Of a stretch of DNA of 61,160 nucleotides, positions 35,467-43,879 are shown piece by piece. The stretch spans positions 1 to 61,160 of the forward strand of contig CAYVIW010000004.1 of the NCBI GenBank assembly GCA_964451815.1, read 5' to 3'. The notes beneath the pieces are model-generated. The model saw nothing but the letters and a program-made list of their open reading frames with translations. It was not told the origin of the DNA and searched no databases. The position numbers were made by a program, and so were the translations under genes. This DNA is from an uncultured Planctomycetia bacterium. GTDB lineage: Bacteria; Omnitrophota; Gorgyraeia; Tantalellales; Tantalellaceae. The stretch's first letter is position 1. Each line of letters begins with the position of its first letter.

Positions 35467-37455
35467 ATGTCTTTTTCCGTAAAATGTTTCAGGGATAACG
35501 GCGCTATAGCTTCAAAGCTCGAAACCTACGAGACCCGCCTTGAGCAGATAGAAATGGTACAGGCCGTGGAGGAAGCCATAGCCTCGGGAAGTGATCTTAT
35601 AGTCGAAGCGGGTCCGGGTGTCGGGAAAAGCCTCGCGTATCTTGTCCCTTTCATACACTGGGCTGTCACCGAAGGCAAACGAGTAATGGTATCCACATAT
35701 ACCAAGGCTCTTCAGAACCAGCTTTTTGTAAAAGACCTGCCTTTTCTCAAAGAAGCCCTTGGGCTTGATCTCAGATATGTTCTTTGCATGGGATCCGATA
35801 ATTATGTCTGCCTTAAGAAAGCTTATAAGACCTGTCAGGGTGACCTTTTCGAGGGAAAATATCATAAGAGACAGGCGGACAGGATATTGGAATGGATAAA
35901 CACTACCGATACGGGTCTTGTTTCTGATATGGAGGTTGTTCCGGATCAGCGGGTATGGGATAACTTCAAGCGCGACAGTGACCTGTGCGGGGGCAGGAAA
36001 TGTCCGCATTTTGAAGATTGTTTTTACATGACCTCTCGCAGGGAGCAGGCGAAAGCTCATGTGCTTGTGGTAAATCACGCGCTTTTTTTCACATCTCTCG
36101 GGTCTGAGACGAATTTGTTCGGGGATGTTGACGCCCTTGTTCTTGATGAGGCCCATACATTGGAAGATGTCGCGACCAACTATTTTGGTAAAACGTTCTC
36201 CTCATCAGGTATAGTGTACCTTGTTGATAAGATAAGGTCTTTTCTCGAAGGGGACACGCCGCGCCCGGGTGAGGAGGAGTATCCCGCCAGCGAGGCGGAA
36301 AACGTCAAAAAAGGATGCTCTGATCTCATTGCCGCCTCTGAGTCTTTTTTCGGCAGCGCCGAGGAAAAGCTCTTTGAAAAGGATTCGGCGGTAGAGTTCT
36401 CTCCTGAGACGCTTTCTTGCGACGATGTTATGCTCTGCGCGCAAAAACTTCTATCGACGCTTCTTACTATGGCCGGTAAGTCGCGGGAGAGCGCTTTGGC
36501 GGAAACCGTCGGCTCTTACGCTGCAAGGGTCAAAGGCCTGTGTGAGTCGATCTCCGCGATATTCGATCCCCCGAAAAGCGGATGGGTTTTCTGGGCCCAG
36601 GCTCGCACCTCAAGGTCGGCCCGTAATATCGCTTTTCATGCGTCCCCTGTGGATATAAGGGACAGGATGAGAAAAGAGATTTTCGAAAACTTTTCACCTG
36701 TAGTGCTCGCGTCGGCGACGCTCTCGGTTTCCGGCAGGGCCGGGGACCTTACCTTCATAAAGGAAAGGCTGGGTATGGACGAGGCCATGGACCTTGTGGT
36801 GGATTCACCTTTTGATTACGGCAAGAACGTTCTTGTATACCTCCCTCACGGCGCGGCCGACCCCAGTAACGATAGCGGGGCGTTCAGGCGCTACCTTAAG
36901 GACAACATCATCTCCATTTACGATGTCATGGGCGGGAGGATATTCGCTCTCTTTACCAGTTATAATATGCTGGATTCGGTTGCCGCGGGTATAGCCGCCG
37001 ACAGGCCGGATATATATATCCTCAAGCAGGGGGATATGCCCAGATATGTGCTTCTTGACGTGTTTAAAAAGAACAACAGCAGTATGCTGCTGGGGACCAC
37101 CACGTTCTGGCAGGGGGTGGATGTTCCGGGCAGCGCGCTTGAATGTGTTATAATTACAAAACTTCCTTTCGGAGTTCCTTCGGACCCGGTGAACGCCGCC
37201 CGTATACGCGCCCTGCGCGAAAAGGGACATAATCCGTTCCGGGAATACCAGCTTCCCCAGGCTATGATAATGTTCAAACAGGGGTTCGGCAGGCTTATCA
37301 GAAGCCGGTCCGATAGAGGGGTCTTCGCGGTACTTGATCCCCGGGTCCGCACCCGCGAATACGGCAGAAAGTTCCTTGAATATGTTCCCGAATGCCGCAT
37401 AACCGGGGACCTGGACGAGGTCAGGGATTTCTTTATTTCTCCCCGAACGGAATAG
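35467..37455 (+). CDS. dinG: DinG/XPD-family Fe-S DNA helicase
   Basis: AGPGVGKS Walker A, the DEAH box (LVLDEAHTLED), and a four-Cys cluster region (CMGSDNYVC ... CGGRKCPHFEDC). Confidence 0.85.
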   Translation: MSFSVKCFRDNGAIASKLETYETRLEQIEMVQAVEEAIASGSDLIVEAGPGVGKSLAYLVPFIHWAVTEGKRVMVSTYTKALQNQLFVKDLPFLKEALGLDLRYVLCMGSDNYVCLKKAYKTCQGDLFEGKYHKRQADRILEWINTTDTGLVSDMEVVPDQRVWDNFKRDSDLCGGRKCPHFEDCFYMTSRREQAKAHVLVVNHALFFTSLGSETNLFGDVDALVLDEAHTLEDVATNYFGKTFSSSGIVYLVDKIRSFLEGDTPRPGEEEYPASEAENVKKGCSDLIAASESFFGSAEEKLFEKDSAVEFSPETLSCDDVMLCAQKLLSTLLTMAGKSRESALAETVGSYAARVKGLCESISAIFDPPKSGWVFWAQARTSRSARNIAFHASPVDIRDRMRKEIFENFSPVVLASATLSVSGRAGDLTFIKERLGMDEAMDLVVDSPFDYGKNVLVYLPHGAADPSNDSGAFRRYLKDNIISIYDVMGGRIFALFTSYNMLDSVAAGIAADRPDIYILKQGDMPRYVLLDVFKKNNSSMLLGTTTFWQGVDVPGSALECVIITKLPFGVPSDPVNAARIRALREKGHNPFREYQLPQAMIMFKQGFGRLIRSRSDRGVFAVLDPRVRTREYGRKFLEYVPECRITGDLDEVRDFFISPRTE

Positions 37456-37786
37456 ATAGTGTAACATATTCCGGGCATTCTTCGCGCAATTCACCATTTA
37501 CAGCAGAAATAAGTCTAAACGGCGGTATATCTCGCCCTTGGCTTTCCTGGACCCAGGCGGGGACGTACGATTTCCCCAGCGAGGAAATCGTACTCAACGT
37601 TCCGCTCGCAACCCGCCTTAGCCTTAATATCGCGAGGCGGGACCATGCTTGCTCGCTTCACGGTGCCCCGCCTGGGTCCAGGAAAGCCAAGGGCGAAACA
37701 TGCCGTTGTTAGCATAGAGGGCAGTAAGTGGACCGCTATAACACTATCAAAAAATACCCGGAATATGTTACACTATCTGAGGAACC
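37454..37786. repeat. MITE-like nested-palindrome element, copy B (best preserved)
   Basis: Perfect 22-bp terminal inverted repeat (37454-37475 / 37757-37778), perfect 30-bp inner inverted repeat (37533-37562 / 37666-37695), and an 11-bp hairpin (37565-37575 / 37583-37593). Confidence 0.75.
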
Positions 37787-37792
37787 GACGCC

Positions 37793-37821
37793 TTGCAATT
37801 ATACTATTATTATTGTATATT
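37793..37821 (+). promoter_or_regulatory. Putative promoter of the MoxR/Bat operon
   Basis: TTGCAA at 37793-37798, a 17-nt spacer, then TATATT at 37816-37821. Confidence 0.45.
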
Positions 37822-37877
37822 GACTAAATATAGGGACCAATTGCTCAACTTATTTGTTATTAAAAAGGGGGTTAAAT

Positions 37878-38870
37878 ATGGGTGAAGGCATAACTGTAAT
37901 TAACGAGAGGGTCCAGAGAGAAAGCGCTTTTATAGAGGACCTTACTTCGGAGATACGTAAGGTCATAATAGGGCAGGATTATCTGATAGAGCGCCTCCTG
38001 GTAGGACTTCTGGCCAACGGACATGTTCTTATAGAGGGCGTTCCGGGCCTGGCCAAGACCATGTCGGTAAGGGTGATAGCCGCGGCCATAAACACCGCGT
38101 TCCAGAGGCTGCAGTTCACCCCCGACCTTCTGCCGGCCGATCTTATCGGTACCCTTGTGTATAACCCCAAAGACGGGGATTTTACCACGAAAAAAGGTCC
38201 GATATTCTCGAACATAATACTTGCCGACGAAATAAACCGGGCGCCGGCCAAGGTGCAGAGCGCGCTTCTGGAGGCGATGCAGGAAAGACAGGTCACTATA
38301 GGCGCCAACACTTTCAAGCTGGACGAGCCGTTCCTGGTTCTCGCTACACAGAACCCCATAGAGCAGGAGGGTACATATCCTCTGCCGGAGGCCCAGGTCG
38401 ACAGGTTTATGCTCAAGGTGAATATCTCGTATCCCGACAGGGCGGAGGAGCTTAAAATATTGAGATCCATGGCTGTGACCGACAAGAAGTTCGAGGTAAA
38501 GGCGGTCGTGACTCCGGAGAAGATACTCGAGGCGAGAAAGATAATAAACGAGATATATATCGACGAGAAGATAGAAAAATATATAGTCGATATAGTCTTC
38601 GCTACGCGTGACCCCGAAGCTTGCGGCATAAGCGACCTGGGCGGTCTTATAGAATACGGTGCTTCGCCCAGGGCCAGCATATATCTGGCCCTTGCGTCAA
38701 AGGCGTACGCTTTTCTGAAAAGAAGAGGATATGTCACCCCGCAGGATGTTAAGTCCATAGGGCCTGATGTTTTGCGGCACAGGGTTATAGCCAGTTATGA
38801 GGCTGAAGCCGAGGATAAGACCTCCGAGGATATAGTAAAAAGGATATTTGAGGAAGTGGAAGTGCCGTAA
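37878..38870 (+). CDS. moxR: MoxR-family AAA+ ATPase
   Basis: GVPGLAKT Walker A and LADEINRA Walker B. SD AAGGGGG before ATG 37878 (the ORF opens at TTG 37854). Confidence 0.9.
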   Translation: MGEGITVINERVQRESAFIEDLTSEIRKVIIGQDYLIERLLVGLLANGHVLIEGVPGLAKTMSVRVIAAAINTAFQRLQFTPDLLPADLIGTLVYNPKDGDFTTKKGPIFSNIILADEINRAPAKVQSALLEAMQERQVTIGANTFKLDEPFLVLATQNPIEQEGTYPLPEAQVDRFMLKVNISYPDRAEELKILRSMAVTDKKFEVKAVVTPEKILEARKIINEIYIDEKIEKYIVDIVFATRDPEACGISDLGGLIEYGASPRASIYLALASKAYAFLKRRGYVTPQDVKSIGPDVLRHRVIASYEAEAEDKTSEDIVKRIFEEVEVP

Positions 38871-38913
38871 CGTGTACGGTCATGTTCCTGGAGGGTAAAA
38901 ACAGGCCAATAGT

Positions 38914-39798
38914 ATGATACCAAAAGAAGTAATAGCAAAAATACGCAAGATACAGATAACCACTACGCGGCATGTAACGGATATCTTCGCGGGGAAATAT
39001 CAGAGCGTTTTCAAGGGCGCCGGTATGGAGTTCGATGAGGTGCGCCAGTATTTTGCCGGGGACGACATCAGGTCCATAGACTGGAACGTGACCGCCCGTA
39101 CGGGGCAGCCGCATGTAAAAAAGTTCGTGGAAGAGAGAGAGCTTACCATAATGATACTTCTCGATGTCTCGATGTCCTGCCGTTATGGTACCCGGGAACG
39201 CGTTAAGAGCGACCTTGCCGCTGAGATATGCTCGGTAATAGCTTTCTCGGCGATACAGAACAACGATAAGGTGGGTATGATCACGTTCACCGACAGGGTC
39301 GAAAAGTTCATTCCCCCCAGGAAGGGTGCGCGCCATGTGCTCAGGGTAATAAGAGAATGTCTTTACAATGAGCCCGTGGGAAAAGGGACGGACATAAAGA
39401 ACGTTCTTGAGAATCTTAACAATGTAGCTACGCGCAGGACCGTTACTTTTGTCATCTCAGATTTCTTTGACGAGGGTTACACTAAAACCCTTTCCGTCAC
39501 CAACAAGAGGCATGACGTTATAGCGGTATCAATAACAGACCCTTCAGAGGAAGACCTTCCCGCGGCCGGGATAGTTAAGCTGCATGACGCCGAAACAGGC
39601 GAGCCTTTTGTGGTCGATACTTCGAGTCCCGCCGCCAGGTATTTGTACAGAAAGTTTTCCCGGCAGGTCATGGAAGGACGCTCCGGTGTGTTCAGGTCGG
39701 CCGGGGTAGACAGCATAGATATACGCACGGATAGATCATATATAGAGCCATTGATAAGGTTTTTCAAGAAAAGGGAAAAGCGTCTGGCGCGCAGATAA
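38914..39798 (+). CDS. DUF58 protein (vWA-like partner of MoxR)
   Basis: DDIRSIDWNVTART signature and the typical position after moxR. Confidence 0.85.
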   Translation: MIPKEVIAKIRKIQITTTRHVTDIFAGKYQSVFKGAGMEFDEVRQYFAGDDIRSIDWNVTARTGQPHVKKFVEERELTIMILLDVSMSCRYGTRERVKSDLAAEICSVIAFSAIQNNDKVGMITFTDRVEKFIPPRKGARHVLRVIRECLYNEPVGKGTDIKNVLENLNNVATRRTVTFVISDFFDEGYTKTLSVTNKRHDVIAVSITDPSEEDLPAAGIVKLHDAETGEPFVVDTSSPAARYLYRKFSRQVMEGRSGVFRSAGVDSIDIRTDRSYIEPLIRFFKKREKRLARR

Positions 39799-39800
39799 TT

Positions 39801-40757
39801 ATGACCATGCTGAAAAAGGATATTTTGTTTGTTTTTCTTTTGGCGGCTTTTATGGCTTTGCCGGTCGCGTCCGCCGAAACGCCGGAGAGCGGTGAAGCTA
39901 TAGAATTGGCCTATGAGATAGACACCCCCGAGGCGTATATCGGAGACAGGATAACCTTCAGCGTTACAGCGCCGGAAGAAAAGGATATAGAGATCATATT
40001 TCCCGAGGAACCGGAGAACCTCGGAGATTTTACTTTTATAAGTTCCTCTCCGGTGAGATCGCGTTTCGGCGCTCCCTCCAGGGTCGGGATGTCTTATGTC
40101 GTAACCATTTACAGCACTGGTACGCATGTAATACCTCCGGTAACGGTTCGCTATAAGAGGGTGGATGAGGATGAGTGGAGCTATGCTACTTCGCCGCAGA
40201 TACCGCTTGAGATAAAAAGCCTGCTTTCCGAGGACGATGAAGATATAAGAGATCTTAAAGGGTTTATCAGGCGCGGTATAGGGAAAAGAGCTATTTTTAC
40301 CGCGTTTCTTCTTGTCCTGGCGCTGGGAGTTGTAATACTGGCCTTGTGGTTCAGGAAAAAGCGTATCAGGGAGATAGAGGAAGCCGCCAGGAACAGGACC
40401 GCCGAGGAAATAGCCTATGAGGAACTCCGGGCTCTTAAGGCCATGGACCTTCCGGGCAAAGGGATGGTCAAAGAATATTACATAAGACTTTCGGATATAG
40501 TTAGAAGATATATAGAGAAACGCTTCGCGTTAAGGGCGCCGGAGATGACAACCGAAGAATTCCTGGAAGGCCTGAGAGAGTCTTCGCTTCTCTCTCCCGC
40601 CCACAAGGAACTTTTGAGGGAATTCCTCTCTCATTGCGACCTGGTAAAATTCGCCAGATACGGTCCGACCCAGCTCGAGATGCTTGACAGTTTCAAGTCA
40701 GCTGAAAAGCTTGTGGACCAGACAAGAAGGCCCGCGGATGATGAGGAGGAGCTATGA
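39801..40757 (+). CDS. Bat-operon membrane protein (signal peptide, Ig-like N-region, one TM, DUF4381-like C-region)
   Basis: Signal peptide, a central TM segment (IFTAFLLVLALGVVILALWF), and the position between DUF58 and batA. Confidence 0.55.
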   Translation: MTMLKKDILFVFLLAAFMALPVASAETPESGEAIELAYEIDTPEAYIGDRITFSVTAPEEKDIEIIFPEEPENLGDFTFISSSPVRSRFGAPSRVGMSYVVTIYSTGTHVIPPVTVRYKRVDEDEWSYATSPQIPLEIKSLLSEDDEDIRDLKGFIRRGIGKRAIFTAFLLVLALGVVILALWFRKKRIREIEEAARNRTAEEIAYEELRALKAMDLPGKGMVKEYYIRLSDIVRRYIEKRFALRAPEMTTEEFLEGLRESSLLSPAHKELLREFLSHCDLVKFARYGPTQLEMLDSFKSAEKLVDQTRRPADDEEEL

Positions 40758-41758
40758 TACGTTTCGCTTCGCCGCTGGTTCTGATCCTTCTCGCGTTTGT
40801 GCCTTTGCTGATCTTTATCGTAAGTAAATTTTCCCGCGGGATGACCAGTTCCATACGATTTTCGGATAAGAGGCTGCTCGAGGGCATAAAACCTTCTCTA
40901 CGAGCTCGCCTGAGCGGCAAAATGGTCTATCTTAGAGCTATAGGCATATCTCTTGTGATAATAGCTCTGGCAAGACCGCAATCGACATCCGAGCGCACAC
41001 GTATTTTTGTCGAGGGAGTAGACATAGTCCTTGCCATCGATGTCTCCACCAGCATGAGGGCTCTGGATTTCCGTATAGACGAAGAAAGGGTCGATCGTAT
41101 GGAAGCGGTCAGACATGTGGCTTCTGATTTCATAAAAAGCAGGACAGATGACAGGATCGGTATTGTGGCTTTTGCCGGGCTGGCGTACACGGTATGCCCC
41201 CTGACCCTTGATCAGTCATGGCTTGAGAAGAATCTGGAAAGAGTAAAGATAGGGATGGTCGAGGACGGCACGGCCATAGGCACGGCTTTAATAGCCTCGC
41301 TTAACAGGCTTAAGGACTCCGATGCCGCCGACAAGGTCGTAATACTTCTCACCGACGGCAGGAACAACGCCGGGCGTATAACCCCTATGTCCGCCGCTGA
41401 GGCCGCGAGAGCTCTCGGGGTGCGAGTCTATACCATAGGCACAGGGACCAGGGGAATGGCCCCTTATCCATTCAGGGACATGTTCGGCAATACCGTAATA
41501 CAGCAGGTGGATATCCCCATAGACGAAGACCTTCTGCGTGAAATGGCAGACCTCACAGGAGGAAGATATTACCGGGCGATAGACACCGCCTCGCTTGAAA
41601 GAATATATAATGAAATAGATAAACTTGAAAAGTCCCCCATAGAAGAGACGGGATACAATATATATCATGAACTTTTCTGGTATTTTCTTATTCCGGGAAT
41701 GATGTTAATAGGCCTGGAGTTATTGATGTCCAACATGTTCTTGAGGAGGATACCGTAG
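40754..41758 (+). CDS. batA: vWA-domain membrane protein BatA
   Basis: N- and C-terminal TM segments and MIDAS DVSTSM. ATGA overlap with the upstream gene. Confidence 0.8.
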   Translation: MIRFASPLVLILLAFVPLLIFIVSKFSRGMTSSIRFSDKRLLEGIKPSLRARLSGKMVYLRAIGISLVIIALARPQSTSERTRIFVEGVDIVLAIDVSTSMRALDFRIDEERVDRMEAVRHVASDFIKSRTDDRIGIVAFAGLAYTVCPLTLDQSWLEKNLERVKIGMVEDGTAIGTALIASLNRLKDSDAADKVVILLTDGRNNAGRITPMSAAEAARALGVRVYTIGTGTRGMAPYPFRDMFGNTVIQQVDIPIDEDLLREMADLTGGRYYRAIDTASLERIYNEIDKLEKSPIEETGYNIYHELFWYFLIPGMMLIGLELLMSNMFLRRIP

Positions 41759-43867
41759 ATGATATTCGCTTCTCCTCATATAGTCGTCTGGCTCTGGATG
41801 GTCCCGGCTGTCGCTTTGTTCTTTTTGCTCTGTGCCAGGAGCAGAGAAAGGGCCATGAGGAGATTCGCGCGCCAGGGCACGCTTAAGGAGATAGCCGGTT
41901 CTTACGCACCTAGGAAAAAGAAAGCCAGGGACATTATGATGTTGGCGGCTTTTCTTTTTATGATACTCGCGCTGATGAGGCCGCAATGGGGGTTCGAGTG
42001 GAGAGAGGTCAAACGGCAGGGCATCGATATAATGATCGCACTGGATACTTCCAACAGCATGCTGGCCGAAGATGTAAGGCCCAACCGTCTCAAGAGGGCT
42101 AAGCTGGCGGTAAGAGACCTTGTCAGGAAGCTGGGGGGTGACAGGGTCGGTCTGATAACTTTCGCCGGAACAGCTTTTTTGCAATGTCCTCTGACCATGG
42201 ATTACAACGGTTTTCTTATGGCGCTTGACGATGTGGACACTTATACCATACCGATAGGCGGGACTTCACTTACAAGCGCTATATACAAGGCGGTAGAGAG
42301 TTTTGAGTCGGAGATAGAAAGCGAGAAGATACTGATAATTATAACTGATGGGGAAGACCATGAGGGAGGGCTGGAAAGAGCGATACAATACGCCAAGGCC
42401 AGGGACCTGAAGATATTTTCCGTCGGGGTGGGGTCTTCTGAAGGAGAACTTATACCTGTTCCGGGTGAAAGAGGTAAAGAAGGGTTCCTGCGTGATGCCG
42501 AGGGAAATGTAGTAAGGAGCAGGCTCAATGAGATGCCCCTGCAGCGGATGGCCCTGGAGACCGGCGGTATGTATGTAAGGGGATCCGGCGCCGGGTTCGG
42601 ACTGGATCTGATATATGAACAGGAACTCTCAAAGTTACAGCAGAGAGAGATAGGGTCAAGGATGGAAAAGGACTATAATGAAAGGTTTCAGTTGCCGCTG
42701 GCCGTAGCGCTTTTGCTTCTTTTTATAGAGCCTCTGATAGGTGACAGGAAGAAGAACAAGGAAAGTGTGACCGCGGGCATCCGGGACAAAATATCAAAAA
42801 ACAAAAGAACCCCTCGCGGCAGAAAAGTTCGGAAGGCGATTACTCTTATATCGTTATTGATCATGAATTTGTATTGCGCTAATGTTCTTGCTGTAGGAGG
42901 ATCTTCAGCAGAAAGTCTTTTGCGAGAGGAAAAGTATGACGAAGCTCTTGAGAAATACGAAAAGGCTCTTGAAAAAAGACCGCATGATCCTTTACTTGAG
43001 TATAACCGGGCCATTATTTTATACCATAAGGGTGACATGGCGCGGGCCGCAGAAGCTTTTATGAGAGCCGGTGTGCTTGGAGAAGATGAGGTTGAGAGAA
43101 AAGCCGCCTATAATGTAGGCAACACCAAATATAGAATGGGTGAATTCTTAACTTCTAAGTCCCCTGAGATGTCGATAAAGGGATATAACGAAGCCCTTGA
43201 GTATTACAAGAAAGCCATGGAGCTTGACCCCGATGACATAGATGCGAAGTATAATTACGAATTCACCTTGAACAAACTGAAGGAAGCGGAAAACGAGCAG
43301 CAAGAACAAGAAGAGCAGGAAGACGAGCAGCAGGAGCAGCAAGAACAAGACCAGCAGCAGGAGCAAGAAGAGCAAGAAGACGAGCAGAAGGAGCAAGAAG
43401 AGCAGGAAGACCAGCAGCAGGAGCAGCAAGAACAAGAAGAGCAGGAAGACGAGCAGCAGGAGCAACAAGAGCAAGATCAGCAGCAGGAGCAAGAAGAGCA
43501 GGAAGACCAGCAGCAACAGGAGGAAGAAGAGCAGGAAGACGAGCAGCAACAGGAGCAACAAGAGCAAGATCAGCAGCAGGAGCAAGAACAGGACGACAAA
43601 GATGATCGTGACGAAAAGAAAGATCCCGATAAGCGGGACGGTAAAGACGAGAGAAAAGAGCCCCGGCAGCCTGATCAAGGCCCGATGTATGAAGAGCCGG
43701 TATCCCCTGACCTCACGCAGGGCGGTGAAGATGCCGCTCCGGGCGAGATGACCGAACAGCAGGCGATGATGCTTTTGAACTGGCAGGAAGAAGAAGAAAA
43801 TAGCATGAGGAACGAAATGAGAGAGGACCAGCGAGATGAACGCCCGCCGGTATTGATAGACTGGTAA
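41759..43867 (+). CDS. batB: BatB-like vWA protein fused to a BatC-like TPR region, with a long Gln/Glu repeat
   Basis: MIDAS DTSNSM, TM segments, TPR repeats (EALEKYEKALEKRP..., ALEYYKKAMELDP), then ~100 aa of Q/E/D repeats. Confidence 0.8.
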   Translation: MIFASPHIVVWLWMVPAVALFFLLCARSRERAMRRFARQGTLKEIAGSYAPRKKKARDIMMLAAFLFMILALMRPQWGFEWREVKRQGIDIMIALDTSNSMLAEDVRPNRLKRAKLAVRDLVRKLGGDRVGLITFAGTAFLQCPLTMDYNGFLMALDDVDTYTIPIGGTSLTSAIYKAVESFESEIESEKILIIITDGEDHEGGLERAIQYAKARDLKIFSVGVGSSEGELIPVPGERGKEGFLRDAEGNVVRSRLNEMPLQRMALETGGMYVRGSGAGFGLDLIYEQELSKLQQREIGSRMEKDYNERFQLPLAVALLLLFIEPLIGDRKKNKESVTAGIRDKISKNKRTPRGRKVRKAITLISLLIMNLYCANVLAVGGSSAESLLREEKYDEALEKYEKALEKRPHDPLLEYNRAIILYHKGDMARAAEAFMRAGVLGEDEVERKAAYNVGNTKYRMGEFLTSKSPEMSIKGYNEALEYYKKAMELDPDDIDAKYNYEFTLNKLKEAENEQQEQEEQEDEQQEQQEQDQQQEQEEQEDEQKEQEEQEDQQQEQQEQEEQEDEQQEQQEQDQQQEQEEQEDQQQQEEEEQEDEQQQEQQEQDQQQEQEQDDKDDRDEKKDPDKRDGKDERKEPRQPDQGPMYEEPVSPDLTQGGEDAAPGEMTEQQAMMLLNWQEEEENSMRNEMREDQRDERPPVLIDW
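43294..43596 (+). repeat. Imperfect in-frame tandem repeat made of GAG/CAG/GAA/CAA/GAC codons (Gln/Glu/Asp tract)
   Basis: Higher-order units of roughly 57-66 nt each end in cagcagcag (EQEEQEDEQQEQQEQDQQQ-like). It produces the spurious poly-Leu ORF on the minus strand. Confidence 0.85.
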
Positions 43868-43879
43868 AACAGGTTCAAA

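Noticed and set aside
37666-37700. Resemblance of gggtccaggaaagccaagg to the SRP (4.5S) RNA domain IV region
   Set aside because: The segment is one arm of a perfect 30-bp DNA palindrome. The conserved GGAA tetraloop/AGCA context and the overall SRP hairpin are absent.
37392-37827. Three short ORFs (37392-37712 +, 37515-37715 -, 37645-37827 +) inside element B, one sharing the peptide AGEIVRPR with frame 3 of 3-149
   Set aside because: The shared peptide is explained by the DNA repeat. The ORFs lie on both strands of a palindrome, lack SD sequences, and are not conserved as reading frames in copy A.
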